Shown one piece after another: positions 12,892 through 25,982 of a stretch of 64,000 bases of DNA. Origin of the DNA: Yuukianura sp. NJ FZ-2021 (lineage: Eukaryota); NCBI GenBank assembly GCA_046563655.1, contig CM102284.1:1054001-1118000 (forward strand), written 5' to 3'. The translations under genes and the position numbers were made by a program. Each line of letters opens with the position of its first letter. The stretch's first letter is position 1. The notes beneath the pieces are model-generated. The model saw only the letters and a list, made by a program, of their open reading frames with translations. It had not been told where the DNA came from and did no database searches.

Positions 12892-13748
12892 TAGGGGTCG
12901 AAATTCGGATTTTGACTTCGGATCCAAATCCGAATTTTTGACGAATCCGAATAATTCGGGATTCGGATCTGACAGCATGCGGATTCGGATCCAAACGAAT
13001 TTGAGACTTAAATAGATGTAGTCGCGAATTTAAATTTTAAGGATCCTCTTTTCGGAAATGTTTTTAGAAAACTCAACTTAATTAATTCTGTTCCTTTCTT
13101 TCCCATTCCGTTCAATCTTACTTTTGAGTTAAATAATCAACCTTAACTCAAATCAGTTGAAGTTTACTTGTAGCCAATCAAGGGTAAGCATTTTTTACGT
13201 GAAGAATCAGGGCAGTCAGCAAAGTGCATGAACATTTAACTTGTTTTCCACGGAGCGGCGAGTCTGGAACCTTGGACTGATCCCACTTCAAAACTCCATG
13301 ACAGCCGAAGCGGTACTTTCAACTGCGGATTCCAAACTTAGTCAATTTGGATTATCTCTGTCCGAAGACATTGTCAGTACCATTACTGATGTTCCACCAA
13401 CAACATTTGAAGCGGAGAGATCATTTTCGTCTGCCGGATATTTTGGTAACAAAATGCGATCACGCCTAAGCGATGACACTTTAGACAATGTCTGCTTTCT
13501 TCTTTCGTATTTTCAGGTTCTCTCATTTACCGAGAGTCGTAGTCTTTACTACTTAGTTTCAATACTTTTTACTTTAGAAAACAAACTCAACATAAACGGG
13601 TAGTTAGTGTTCAATCATAAGCAAAAGTGTTATTTTTTAATTTCTATTATGTAAGGGCGAATTTCTTAAAAAAAATGAGATCCGAATCCGGATTCGGATA
13701 GATTCGGGATTCGGATCTGGGCAAAACCACGACGAATTTCGACCCCTA
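12892..13748 (+). mobile_element. Non-autonomous hAT transposon (deletion derivative), 857 bp
   Basis: 16-bp perfect TIR TAGGGGTCGAAATTCG/CGAATTTCGACCCCTA; perfect 8-bp TSD GCGCCCAT (12884-12891, 13749-13756); subterminal TTCGGAT repeats; internal ORF 13241-13603 carries a hAT C-terminal dimerisation motif 'PPTTFEAERSFSSAG...RSRLSDDTLDNVCFL'. Confidence 0.93.
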
Positions 13749-13898
13749 GCGCCCATAGGGCATGAAAACTAACACTTTAGTTGGAAATTCGACATTTCAT
13801 AGTGAAAGTCAAATATATCACTGTAAGATTCACCATTAGTCAGCAACCAAGCCAGCTCTACTTACTACAAAAAATATTCAAAACAGAATATTAAAAAA

Positions 13899-16268
13899 AT
13901 GCAATCATCTGCTAAATTTCCAGTTTCTGTTACATTCTCACTACTTTGTGCCTTTTTTAATTTTTATAAATGTACGTCTGTTCAAATCACCAACTTAAAT
14001 TTACTGGTTGATCAGTTTCCAAATAGTGACAACATGCTAATTGCTCCAAGTCAAACACAACCAGAAATCACTGAAGGTTTCAACGTTCCAGTAAAATTGT
14101 TTTACATCAAAACAAGAAACATAGAATATTGTTATCGGGATATACTTGATCAACTAACTGCTTATCACCTCTCAATGCCTACAAAAACTAGTAAGCTGAA
14201 GTATTTTACAATTTTCTACTTATTTCCAAACTTTATTTATGGAAGTAGCTGGCATCAAGTCAAATCAAAATCATGCGTCAGTTTCTACAACGACAAAAGC
14301 ATAACCGAGCAAACTAGTTATGTGCACAGATTTAAATTAAATATTATACTACATGTTATTGATTTTCATTCACGGAACTTATTGCTTATTGCGTTCCTAT
14401 TTAGCTCCAAAACAAGGGAAAACATACAGATGATTATATTTTCCAAACTACATCAAAATGTTACAGTTCGTCACGAAACAAATATTGGGCAAATAACATT
14501 TCATAGTCTCGAAAATTATTTTCAAAAAAACTACACTGAACCACTCTTTTCCGTTCCCGTGATGCAAATGTACCCATTGAACGAAATGCAACATAAGTAC
14601 TACTACTTTGACAGTAACTACACTGCTGTGTCAGAGAGTTATGCCAAAATTGAAAAACAGCGCCATCTAAATCCATTCAAAGCAATTCCACTTGATGCAA
14701 AACTTACGCTACTCGAGTACATCCAATTGCTCGTACACGATGAACTTCAAGTATTTGTTCGATCTCCTCAATTAGCGGTAAAATTGAACACACAAAAATA
14801 CTTGAGTATTATGAAACGCATTTCTCAAAGTACTATACAACCTGAATTTTTATATTATCATGAGGATCCAAAATTTGTTGTTGTTACGGGAACAGAAACT
14901 ATAAATTTTCTCACATGTGATGGAGTACATGAATGGCTTAGTTTTAAATTTTACTCAGCCCCGTACGACACAAGTTGTTGGATTTGCGCCATCCTCCTTA
15001 GCTTTGTAGTTGCTTTGACTTGTACCGCGTTCTACGTCAAAAATTTAATCAGTTTGACGGTAAACAACCTTGTTGTTTCTTGGTTAAATTTCTACTTTAT
15101 AATTTCTGTCAATATGATTGAAGTTTTTCAAAAAGTGGGAAAAAGAACCATGGTAACCAGTTTGTGGATTTTTATGCTCCTTGTGTTGACGAATGCTTAC
15201 AAAGGTGTAGTGGTTTCGTTTTTAGCATCTCACCTACCGATTAGTCAAAAGTACTTTGTACTCAAACAGTTACAAGATTTTATATTGTATGTCGACGTTA
15301 ACACACAAGCTGACTTTTTAGAACACCAACAGGAATTGTATAAATACTCAATGAATATGATAAATTCAAGTGAATTGCTAGGAAATGACATTGTTTGCGA
15401 TTGCATTCAACATAATCACTCTGCCCATCAACCGATAACCATTGGGATTGAAAATGTGTCTATCCCAGCAATAAATCGCATAACCCAACAAAAAATCAGC
15501 GCAACATGCCGAAATACTTCCGAAGTTTTAATATCAAATCCTTTTAAGGCACAATTATCCTGCGATATCTATTGGCTCTTTGTTCAAAATTCGACCAGTA
15601 CAGCCAAAACTAAAAATGAGCTCAAAATGCAATCTGTTCTACCCAAACAATTTATAGCTGGTTTAGTGACATCGTATATTCCACATGACTACCCAGAATT
15701 AGTTACTGATATGAACTACGTCCTTACTAAAATACTTCAACGTCTCCTACCCTGTAAAAACCTTGCATTTTTGAGCCTAGGCTCCAACTTGGACTTACTC
15801 TTAGCTCATATTCAAAATAGTCGCTACAAAGAATCAAAAGCTAACTCAGAAAGCACAAATTTTCGTAAAGGGAATGAATCAGTTACTCAAATGGTAAATG
15901 TGTATTCCATAAGTTCAGAATTTGTGTATAAGGAGTTACAAAAGCACTTGGCTTCAGGCGTATTTCAACTGTGGGAGAAATGGCAACCTGTCCGCAATCC
16001 AACAGCACGAGATGAAATTATGAAACAAAATTTGAAAACAAAACGAGAATTAGTTGGGCCTAAAAAACTAAATTTGAGTGGAAATATTGTAACTTGTTTT
16101 TATATTCTAATGTTTGGTATTGGTATTTGTAGCTTAACTTTTCTGTATGAGATGAAATCTGTTTTGTATGAGACTGTATTACAGTGCATGCACGCCTGTT
16201 CTATGCATGGTAAGACTGCTGTTTTGAAACTAATGGTTAGATTTGTGGGCATAACGAAGGAAGTATGA
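13899..16268 (+). CDS. Divergent ionotropic receptor, intronless, 789 aa, copy 3
   Basis: Same motif set as copy 1 (APYDTSCW, LTNAYKGVVVSFL, LASGVFQLW, KLNLSGNIVTCFYILM). Confidence 0.85.
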   Translation: MQSSAKFPVSVTFSLLCAFFNFYKCTSVQITNLNLLVDQFPNSDNMLIAPSQTQPEITEGFNVPVKLFYIKTRNIEYCYRDILDQLTAYHLSMPTKTSKLKYFTIFYLFPNFIYGSSWHQVKSKSCVSFYNDKSITEQTSYVHRFKLNIILHVIDFHSRNLLLIAFLFSSKTRENIQMIIFSKLHQNVTVRHETNIGQITFHSLENYFQKNYTEPLFSVPVMQMYPLNEMQHKYYYFDSNYTAVSESYAKIEKQRHLNPFKAIPLDAKLTLLEYIQLLVHDELQVFVRSPQLAVKLNTQKYLSIMKRISQSTIQPEFLYYHEDPKFVVVTGTETINFLTCDGVHEWLSFKFYSAPYDTSCWICAILLSFVVALTCTAFYVKNLISLTVNNLVVSWLNFYFIISVNMIEVFQKVGKRTMVTSLWIFMLLVLTNAYKGVVVSFLASHLPISQKYFVLKQLQDFILYVDVNTQADFLEHQQELYKYSMNMINSSELLGNDIVCDCIQHNHSAHQPITIGIENVSIPAINRITQQKISATCRNTSEVLISNPFKAQLSCDIYWLFVQNSTSTAKTKNELKMQSVLPKQFIAGLVTSYIPHDYPELVTDMNYVLTKILQRLLPCKNLAFLSLGSNLDLLLAHIQNSRYKESKANSESTNFRKGNESVTQMVNVYSISSEFVYKELQKHLASGVFQLWEKWQPVRNPTARDEIMKQNLKTKRELVGPKKLNLSGNIVTCFYILMFGIGICSLTFLYEMKSVLYETVLQCMHACSMHGKTAVLKLMVRFVGITKEV

Positions 16269-16802
16269 GACCGACATTAGATAAACTACAGCTGACCTTT
16301 GACCTTTAGTGTAAAATGAATAATGATGGACGCTTGAATTGAGTGGTTCCATGCCATTGGGTCAAAAACGATTGGTTCAAATGAAAAGGTTCAACACCAA
16401 CGCATTGACCTGCACTTTCACTACTCCCGAAGACGCTGAAACATCAACTTTGCAAAAACTTAAAAAAAGCAAAAAAAAAATTTACATAATTTGATGTCCT
16501 ATGCAAAGTTGTTGTTGGAAGTCGGTTCAGTCACTTCAATTATTTTATATGCAAAATAAGTTAAAAACCAGTTTTTATAAATTTTTCATAGACTTTGCAA
16601 CTTCCAAAGTCTTGTCCTGTTCCTTTCCTGCTCTTGCAGGCGAAACATGTTGGATTAGTTGAAGTTGGCAGTTCATCGCATCACGACAAGTTTCTATTAG
16701 TTTTAAAGAGTAACCTTGGAGTTAAAATTTCGTTATTCAATTATTCTTAGTTTTAGTATATTGTGTAAAGTCTTGAAAAACACAATTTTTGAAAAGCTCA
16801 AT

Positions 16803-18671
16803 ATGTCCATCACTATTGTAAGTTCAACCATGACAATCATGGAGTCCACGATGACAATACCAATCATGGTTCATACTGAAAAACCAAGGCACGATCGTCC
16901 GCTAAGCTGCGCCGAAGCAGAAGCGTTAGAAGAGGTAAATTTAAAAAACTTTAAAACAAGCACAAATTTCTCATACTTGAAACCAATCCTGAAACTTTTA
17001 ACCCAAAACTTAGATTTATTTAATTTTTGTCTTGTGTGTGTAAATTTTCTATCTTTTTTTGAATTTCTATCGTGTCAAAAATTTTCATGCGAATGTAATT
17101 TTTTGTTGAAAATTTGCACTGGTATACCACAGCTTTGAATTTTTTTTTGTATTCTTAGTTAAAATGTGAAGTTCAAGGTTGGTTCCCACAAGGAACACAC
17201 GATTACTTCTTATTGAGATTTCTCAGAGGTAAGTTCAAGTTTCACACAATCAAAATTTATGATGGGATTTATTTTTTACTTTTTCCAAATTGTTGTTTTC
17301 CAAATTCATAATTTTTTTTTTCAAAATTTGTCAATTACATAGCCAGAGCCTTACACCTTGGGAAAGCCAAAGAAATGCTCGCTAAGGTAAATAATCTTGT
17401 TAAAAAAGCCCGCGTTGTGTTAAATTTTGAACCTTTTGTTTCAATTTCGCCAAAATTTCGAAAAAAAAAAAAAAAACTTCCAACTTAAACTGTTTTCTTA
17501 AAATTTTGAATTTTTAGTACATAGAATTTCGTAAAACAAATCATTACTTGGCCGAAATTTGTAAGAAGTCATACGTTCCTTCTGAATTTATCCTTCAACA
17601 AATTCCGTTTGTTCGTACTGGGAATGATTTCGATGGGAGACCAGGTTAGTATGCAACAAAGTCGAAATTTTTTTGAACATGTTTAGTTTTTGTAAAATTT
17701 TGAAAAATTCTGAGTACACTTTTTTCATGGTTTCAGTATTTGTTGTCCAAGTTGGACATGCAGATCTTAAACGACTGTTTGAACAAGGAGAGAAAGAAGA
17801 AATGTTAAAACTGGGGCATTACGGTCTCGAATTTTTGCTTTATGCTACAGAAAAACAAAGAAAAAAATATGGATGCACAAAGGCAGTCGGCATTGCGGAT
17901 TTGAGTGGAATAAGTTTTCGCAACGCGTTTCATAGCCAGAGTAAGAACTTTTACTGATGAAAATAAAATATCGAACTTTTACATGTACAGTTCTGTTGTG
18001 TTCAAAAATAAAATTTTATTATTAAAAAAAAAATAAAAAATATCAAAAATTAACGAACCAAATTAACATTTTGAACATTTTTTTAAAGAAATTTTCAACA
18101 TTGAATTTTTGCTTTTCTATTCTTAGCAATACAATGTGGAATTTACGCCGCTCGAATTTTCGAAGCCTTTTATCCAGGTATACCAAAGTTTCGAAATTTC
18201 AAAGTTACTCAACTTTTAATTAAGAGTTTGTTGGTACGTATTTGCCAAATTTTTACATTCTTGTCGTTTTTTAGAACTTTTACATTTAGCCATTGGAATA
18301 AATGGTAAGTTTAAATAGTTAAATAGACCTTTACCTTAACTTTTGTAACCCTAAATGTAAAAGTGGCCTTTAAACTTATATTTTGAGTAGCTACTGTAAA
18401 AATTTAACGTTTTCTTAAAAAGGAATTTTTTTTTGCAATTTTTTTCCCAGCAAACTGGATATTTCACTCTGTTTATAACATGATGAAGCCGTTTGTAAGT
18501 GCTGAAACACTGGAAAAAGTGCAAATTTATGGCTATGACCAGAACAAGTGGAAACCTGTTTTGAGAAAATACATTCCCATCGACGCCATTCCAGAAGAGT
18601 ACGGCGGAACTGCGCCCTCTATGGAGCATGCCAATGTGGATACTTTTGAAGGGTTCCGTGCAAAACTATAA
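16803..18671 (+). CDS. CRAL-TRIO / SEC14-like protein, copy 2
   Basis: Paralog of 7888-9547 with matching exon layout; 'DYFLLRFLRAR', 'GIADLSG', 'IPEEYGGT'. Confidence 0.85.
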
Positions 18672-21111
18672 GTTAGTTTTTAAAACTAACTTATCAATGC
18701 TAAACTCATAAATGTTAGGTTTCGATAACATAAGTGTTGTTAACTTAGCCTAAACTATATGTTTTACCTGTGATTTAATAATTATAAAATACGATGGTAA
18801 TTTCAAAACTAAAATGAAATTCATATATTCCCAGAATTTCTCACTAAAAGTCGAGTAATAAGTTGTTTCTTTAGTTTTTAGTTTTAATTCCTGTGTAGTT
18901 TGTGTAGCTTGTATCGAAAAAGAAAAAGTTCATCTTTGCTGTTTCATGAAAAAGTATTTACGATACTTAAAGGAACTTGTTTTCAAAGATTGTGTTGACG
19001 TAGGTCAATAATTGGAGATTTTTGGACCAATCAGATTGCAGAAATTGGTACTCGTAAATTGATTTACATTGATTTTTCTCCGCGTTCTCCTTCTCTGTTC
19101 TTGATCTCTTCACAAGTCTATAATCACTGCAAACATGCTAAATTTTTAAAGTAGTCCTAGTCACTCAAAGCAGTTTTGCTGGAAACAAGTTCCGATGTAG
19201 ATGTTTCTTAGTTCCTGTTTTAATGCGCATTGAAGAAATAAAAACTGACCAAATTTTCACGTTTCCACCATGCACGCGTGTTTTTTTAAAGTTAATAACA
19301 TGGCTGTAAGTGTTTTTATGTGTTTTTATCAGACAGGTAAATTTTTTGTTAGAAGAGAGTAGAGTAGTAGGTACTTTTATAGAGTAGTTCATTCTAGTAC
19401 CTTAACATTTTAGTTTTTGGTCTACTCGATATTCAACTTTTGCTAAATTCCGCTCACAGTAGTTTTGAATACAACAAAAAATTGGTGTTGAAAATTTATC
19501 GTATAAATTTTTCGCTATGAAAGAAATACCTCATCCTCGAGAAATAAAAAACACAAACACATAAGCAAAAAATTAATAAATTTTTTGCAGAGGTGGTAAA
19601 TTAAATTCTAGTCACGATGAGCCTTAACTTCTATCAAAAAAGCAAAAGTACATGAACATAAAAAAATTGAGCTGTTGTAATTAACTCTAACTTTTTAAAT
19701 TCTAAAAAATTCCATCCGAACGCATAAGGAGACACAGACGCCTCTTGCCCAGCGGCAGGAAAACGAATTTAATGAGCGGCATGTAAGGGTCACTTATGTC
19801 ATTTAAGAGTGCGCTCTTTGGAAATAAGGATTTTGAATTGATCTCTGCAGTATTATGAATAAGGTGCTAAATGTTTAATATTAATAAATAACAAGAGCTT
19901 TTGCATAACAAAATATATGAGAATTAATTGTTTTACGAGAGTAATTAGGTTGCTTTTAAGTTAAGTTACACAAAGAAATTAAGTGTAACACTCTTCTTCG
20001 AAATTTGGGTTAATGTAAACCCGAATTCTATTTATTTCAACCACTTTTCGAGGAATTCGTGCAGGTCAGTGTTTTTGGATATCCACTTTTTTAGCATTTC
20101 GTCCAGGTTATATCCACTGAATAAACGGATAAATCCGGATAAAATACAGTTTCCGTTGGACGAAAATGAATTTCGTCCAAAAGGAACCAGTAAAATCCGA
20201 ATATATCCACCACTTTCGAGGAGAGTAGAAGAAATATTATCTTTCCACCAACTCTGGTAGATACAAATATGGGCGTCGGTGATTACACTGCGTGGTTACA
20301 TCGATGTCAATTTAACTTTACGTCAACCTAAATTTGCGAAAGGAGAAAAAAGCCGCACCCCGAAAACAACACGGTGATTTGCCGTGGTTGGTCAAAGGGT
20401 TACGACAGCTGATTGGTTTTGGCCACAGCTGGGCAACGCTTTTTGTTGTTAATTTATGCGTTTTAAAATACATGTAGTAAGATAGTTAAAACTACAAGGT
20501 TAGGTTCTGTAAACACTACTAATTGAACTAAATTTTAATGTTGTGTAGTTAGTTTAAAACTGCCAGCATGTGTGAAAATTAATGCACTTTTTGCATTTTT
20601 TCGCGTAATTCATGGGCCGCAGTTAATGCTGACAACCGCTAGTCAGACCGTCAAAATTAAGCTCGTCCATGTGAAAGTGAAACTAATAGTTCTTGCCTGC
20701 CTATAATTTTCGGGACTGGACCGATTACCGAAGGACCCGGGTGGTCTCATCCGTATTTTTAGTTTTCTTGATTAATTTGTTAATTAATCTTTATGTGTAA
20801 CAACGGTTGCCTCCGTTTGGCAGTTACCTAACTAAGGACAGAGCTTGTTTGAGTACGGTAGAGCGAGGTCGTTCGTGGTAACAACAAAAGACTTGTGTGG
20901 TGGATGAAGCACTGTCGACTTGTGTCGTAAGTGTCAATCATTGACAGTCAATGTATCAACTTACTTTAGATTTAATTAAAGTATTTCGGCACATTGAAGT
21001 CAGTTTAGCTATATCAAAATGATTCACTTTCTTTTCAGATAACTCTCACTCTCACCATAGGATCGTCAAAAGGAGTTAACGTATTTGAACGTGGCGGTCC
21101 AGAGTCCAGAG

Positions 21112-24100
21112 ATGCCTAAGTTCGTGGCCGCCTTGTCGGAGGACGATGATGAGGTGGTCATCTTACCCTACGTCAAACCACCTCCACCAATGATAGATCT
21201 CTTGGGATCTGACGACGAGGAAGGTCACATAGCCGAATCACCCTCTCACAGTGCCCAGCAGACGAAGGAAAGCGAGTCACGCTCTGTATCTTCCGCGGGA
21301 GATCATCAAGCGAGACGAAATGATTCTAGTCTAACGGGCATTGTTGAGAGTCAGGAGAACCGACCATTTCTCAGAATTTCTCGGTCAATTCTCCCTTGGT
21401 TCGGAGCCTATTTGATCCGAGTGAGGCGGCAATGACTGATGTGCCAAGTAAACAGGCAACGCCTTCAGGATCCGTAGAATCTACGCCAGTGCCTTCTCCA
21501 GGATCTTCCATTGGTCAACCTACTCCCGGGAAGCGGGGTAAAGGTCGTGCGAACTCTCATTCCTCACTGGTCAAGAAGCAGTTTGAAGAGTTCCTCAAAG
21601 GAATCAATCTTCCGCCATCGAGAGTACCAGTACCGAGGGCGCCGCGGAAACCAAGAACCCGGTCAACGAGAGTCGCATCCGGCGGATCTGAACAACCGAT
21701 CGGTACAGGTATGGTAACATGCTCACATAAGGCAATACGAGTCTAAGTTAGCAACAATTTGTGTAGATCTTTATCTCAAATTGCCTTCTGCGAACATTTT
21801 TACTTCGAAGTAACTTGTCCAACATCATTGCAATGCTGCCTAAACTCTCACGCTGCCTACCATACTTCGGAAAGGCCAATTCCACTTGGGTATGGTTTTG
21901 ATGGTAAATTGACAAGTTGTGACCTGATTCTTTTTATTGTTGTTAAAGCGGAATCGGGAGCATCGCCGTTTACTGTTCTTCCAACTGGTGATGGATTCGT
22001 AAGTGTGACGATGGAAAGGAGTAAATCCACTCCTGTAGCAAAACGGACGAGAGCCAGAAAACCTCGATCAGTTCCAGTTGCAACAGTAGTTAGTCAATTT
22101 TTATCACCGGAGAAGATTACTAACGAGGCTCAAGAATCCAATGGAGCAATGGACACACACACAATGGATATTCAATTTAATCGAACAACGTCAGGGTATA
22201 GCGAAGTACCACGTCCTGACCCTAAAGCTAAAGGGAAGAAGCGGACCAAGACTACTGAAAAAGAACCGTCGACGAAGAAACGAAAACAAGATGAAACGAA
22301 AAAGAAGGATCCGACGACACCAAAACGAAAAACGAAGGAGAAATCGAAGAAGGATGACACAATGACATTGACTTCCCCTCGGAAATCTACTCCACGAAAG
22401 AAGACTGACACAATTACTTCTACGTCTACCGCTATTTCTGCTGTAATTGACGATGCTGGAATGCCAAGTCACTGGAACGATGAAATGAAAAAGTTCTACG
22501 GAACTATTTCGTCCAGTCCATTCAAAGTGGAAGCAATCTGGGCTAAACAGCCGAGTAAGTTCCAAATAATAGTTTGCTTTTTATTTTCGTTTTGTTGTCG
22601 TTTTTTAGAATGAGAAAAATATGTTTTTTTCTTTTTCAGAACATGCAAAACATTGGAGAACAGAAAAAGACGGTGTTCCTTATCGTGGTAGCAAAAGGCG
22701 GGAACCATGTGACTTTTGTAAACGTTTTGATCACAGACCAGTTCATTGTCCGCGGAGAGGCTGTCCGATGAAGTGTGTGTATTGCGCTGGTGACGATCAC
22801 ACAAAAGATGCTTGTTCAGCCGAAGGTGTATGCCTATTCGTAAGTTTTTATGTATCGCATTATTATCGAAATATCGAAATTGTTAAAATATTACCTAAGA
22901 AACATAAATTATGTTTTTTTCCTATGATTTGCAGTGTGGAAGCGAGCGAACTGTAATTGTGAGAAGTTGTAAAACATGTTTTGATCGCTCGAAGCCGGCC
23001 TTATGCAATCTGTGTTCATTGAGAGGCCATTCAGCCGATATGTGCCCAGATAATTGGAGAAGATACCATTCTATTACTATCGACATCGAACAGGTACTAC
23101 TAGACTTTAAGTTGAAAATGATCAATTTGGAGTTTTATATCTCACGATTTCTGCATTTTAGGTTCAGAAGCGACTTCAAGTTGTTAGATCTAGACTTGGA
23201 CAACTGAAGAAGAGAGAGTCCATGGGTGCCTGTACTTCTACAGATACTCCCGAGCTAATTCTAAAAAGGAAAATAGGCGAAACTGCAAGCAGCATTTCAG
23301 AACAACCAGCGGCACAGTCTCCGACGCCCATCGCTCGAGAAATAGAGAAACTACGAAGAGAAAGGGATGAGTTGACGCAGAAGTTGTCAAACCAAGGCAG
23401 GGTCACAGTGGGCAACTCCAACCCGTACGTTCCAAAGTACAAGCAGTACTGTTGTAACTGTGCAGCCAAGGGACATGCTTATATCAACTGTACGAAGAAA
23501 CTGCCTGACTGGGCAAATGGTTGCCAAGTCATTCCGAATAAGCCGTATGTCATCAAGGAGATGGTGACTCCGACTCCAGAGAGACCCAAAAAAACTAAAC
23601 GTATTAAAAACGTTCCTGCAACGACCACTGATACTGCCTTTGAGACTAACCGAGATAACACTGGCATCGGAGATTCAGTTTCGACTGAAACCCAGCCCTC
23701 CGCTACTACTGACAGGGCTGTGACTGGTTTTGATGATGACGACGACGATGTTACATTTATAACTATTGTCAATACGCGTGCTAATGTGGCTAGCACAAGT
23801 AATTCAGCAAATGAGAAGAACGGACCAAGTCATATCACTATTACAAACGGACGAGTCAGTAATGATGAGCTTCAGAAGCCTAGCAGCCAGGTTCGTGCCG
23901 GCGATGAATCACAGCCTAACAATTCAAGTTTCGGTTCGATTGTAGAACCGAATCAACGAAAAGTCGTCAAAGACCGTCCTACTAGCGACGGTTCTGTTGC
24001 CGATCATGTTACTACTTCGATGAAAGTTACGATTGCAAATGACACTAATCGTAACCAACCATCATCTTTTGTATCTTCTACACCAGTTTCAATTGAAGTG

Positions 24101-25982
24101 CTGCCAAAAGAAGCACCAAAAGAAGCTGAAGTTTCCGCCAGTATTGATGATGGAACTGCAGGATTACGCTCACAGATAACCAAAGAAAAGGAAAATGAAG
24201 TAAGATCAGCTGATCATGAGCGACAATCAACTTCAAAATCAGCTGATGATCGACAGACAACTTCAAAATCAGCTGATGATCGACAGACAACTTCAAAATC
24301 AGCTGATGATCGACGGACAACTTCAAAATCAGCTGATAAAGAGCGACCAACTTCACGATGGGATGATCCGAGGCCGCGACAACCAACTTCAAAATCAGCT
24401 GATCAATTAACTTCGCTCAATGTGAATGCAACTCCCTCCGCTCAGCCAATCCTGCCAAGATCAGCTGATTCTGAGGAGAACTTCCATGAAGATGTGTCCA
24501 CAGACGCACTTGAAGGAAATCCGGACGTCGGTGGCTTCACAGTACCACGGCACCCGTTGTTTCAACCGAGTAGAATCCCGTTTCCACCTCCGCAACCTCT
24601 CATGAGCCACCCACTGTTTGGTATACCACCACCGCGACCTGCAGCCTGGAGACAAGGATTTGGTCCACCTACATATCGATTCCCGCCTTCTAATTTCGGA
24701 CAACCGCCTCCTAGAGTCGAAGTTATTCAAATTCCGGTTCCGGTTCCTGTACGGGAGGAAGATTATGCAAGGTTTCAGCGAGAAGGCTTCCCACCTCAGT
24801 TTCAATTTCAAAAGTTTCTTCCTCCACCACCTCTGATGTCCTTGGGAAATCCTTTTGCGCCGTACCAACAGATTCCTCCACCACATTTTACTCCTTGGAC
24901 CTCACCAAGGAATACAACGGTACAGCCACCGTGTCAACCTACTAAACCTGCCGATACAGCTTCGGAGAATCCGCCTAGTCCAGACTCAACCGAAACTCCA
25001 ATCACTAATGCTCCAATGTCACCGGAAATCGTTTTCTTGGAAGAAGTTTCCAATCCAAAACCTGCAGCAACTTCACCAGAAGATCCCGATGAAATCAAAA
25101 TTTCACTTCTACCGTCAGAGTGGGACTATTTTGGGGAGGCAAAGGAAGAGCTGATCTGATCACTACTTTGAGTAACAGATTGGGAGTTTCCATCAAAGTA
25201 TGCCGAGAGACCATGGTTGTATCAATTACTGGACCGAACGAAAGCAGAAAGGCCCTTGCCAAAAGAAATATTGTGGAGTTTCTACAAAAAGAGGCTGCTG
25301 GAATCACTTTTGTGCCCGATTTGAACTTACCGGAGGATCCAATTCCAAAACCGAAAGAACCGGAGAAAAATGGACCGTCAAATGCTCCTAATAGTCCTCG
25401 ACTGACTCAGCAGCAACATTCACAAAACAATGGTGACAACAGTAACACTTCGCAAAGGAATCCTGGGGGACGAGATGAGTCGCGTCGTTATGCTCCCTAT
25501 CCGACTTATCCACGGTAAAATGATTATTGTTAATTACCTAACTAAACTGATTAATTAATATGTTATATTTGTATGTAATTTGAACTGTGTGTTTTATGTT
25601 ATAGACATGGTGACTCCAGAAATTGGAGTTACAGAGATCATGGAAGAGACTATGATCATCGACGGAACTATCATCCTTCGAATCCGTATCGGTGAGCGTA
25701 ATATCCATGTGACTGTGCCTGTCGATTTAAATTTTTCTTGGCGGGAAACTTAAAATTTAGTACAATTTTTAAAATTTTGCCTGTCTTTGCAGGTACAACA
25801 GAGAAGACAACAGTAGAGATGCTGGTCGACGGGAGTATGGTCGTAGAGGAGATCATCGCGATCACCGTGGTCACTCTGACAGGAACTACCGCGGTGGTCG
25901 TGATGCTGGAACGTCGTCAAAGGAACATGAGCCACCGCGTCCAAATCCACGGTTTGACAGGCCACGCAGATACTTTGAATAG
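21112..25982 (+). CDS. ZCCHC7: ZCCHC7/Air1-2-like multi zinc-knuckle protein with Pro-rich region, putative KH-like segment and RD/RG-rich tail; two apparent frameshifts (~21350-21430 and ~25130)
   Basis: CX2CX4HX4C knuckles CDFCKRFDHRPVHC, CVYCAGDDHTKDAC, CNLCSLRGHSADMC followed by PDNWRRYH (ZCCHC7/Air-type linker), and YCCNCAAKGHAYINC. GT-AG introns join the ORFs; last exon ends ...RPRRYFE*. Confidence 0.7.
24206..24410 (+). repeat. Coding 30-bp tandem repeat (SADDRQTTSK)n
   Basis: Unit TCAGCTGATGATCGACAGACAACTTCAAAA: about 3 near-perfect copies plus degenerate flanking copies. Confidence 0.9.

Noticed and set aside
13241-13603. 120-aa ORF as a host gene
   Set aside because: Non-ATG start; it is a transposase C-terminal remnant inside the hAT element.
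20041-20225. Possible small MITE (GGATAT/ATATCC motifs, CCACTTT(T)CGAGGA direct repeat)
   Set aside because: No convincing TIR pair with a matching TSD.
22141-25307. Many overlapping antisense and alternative-frame ORFs
   Set aside because: Shadows of the GC-richer, low-complexity ZCCHC7-like exons; no independent motifs.
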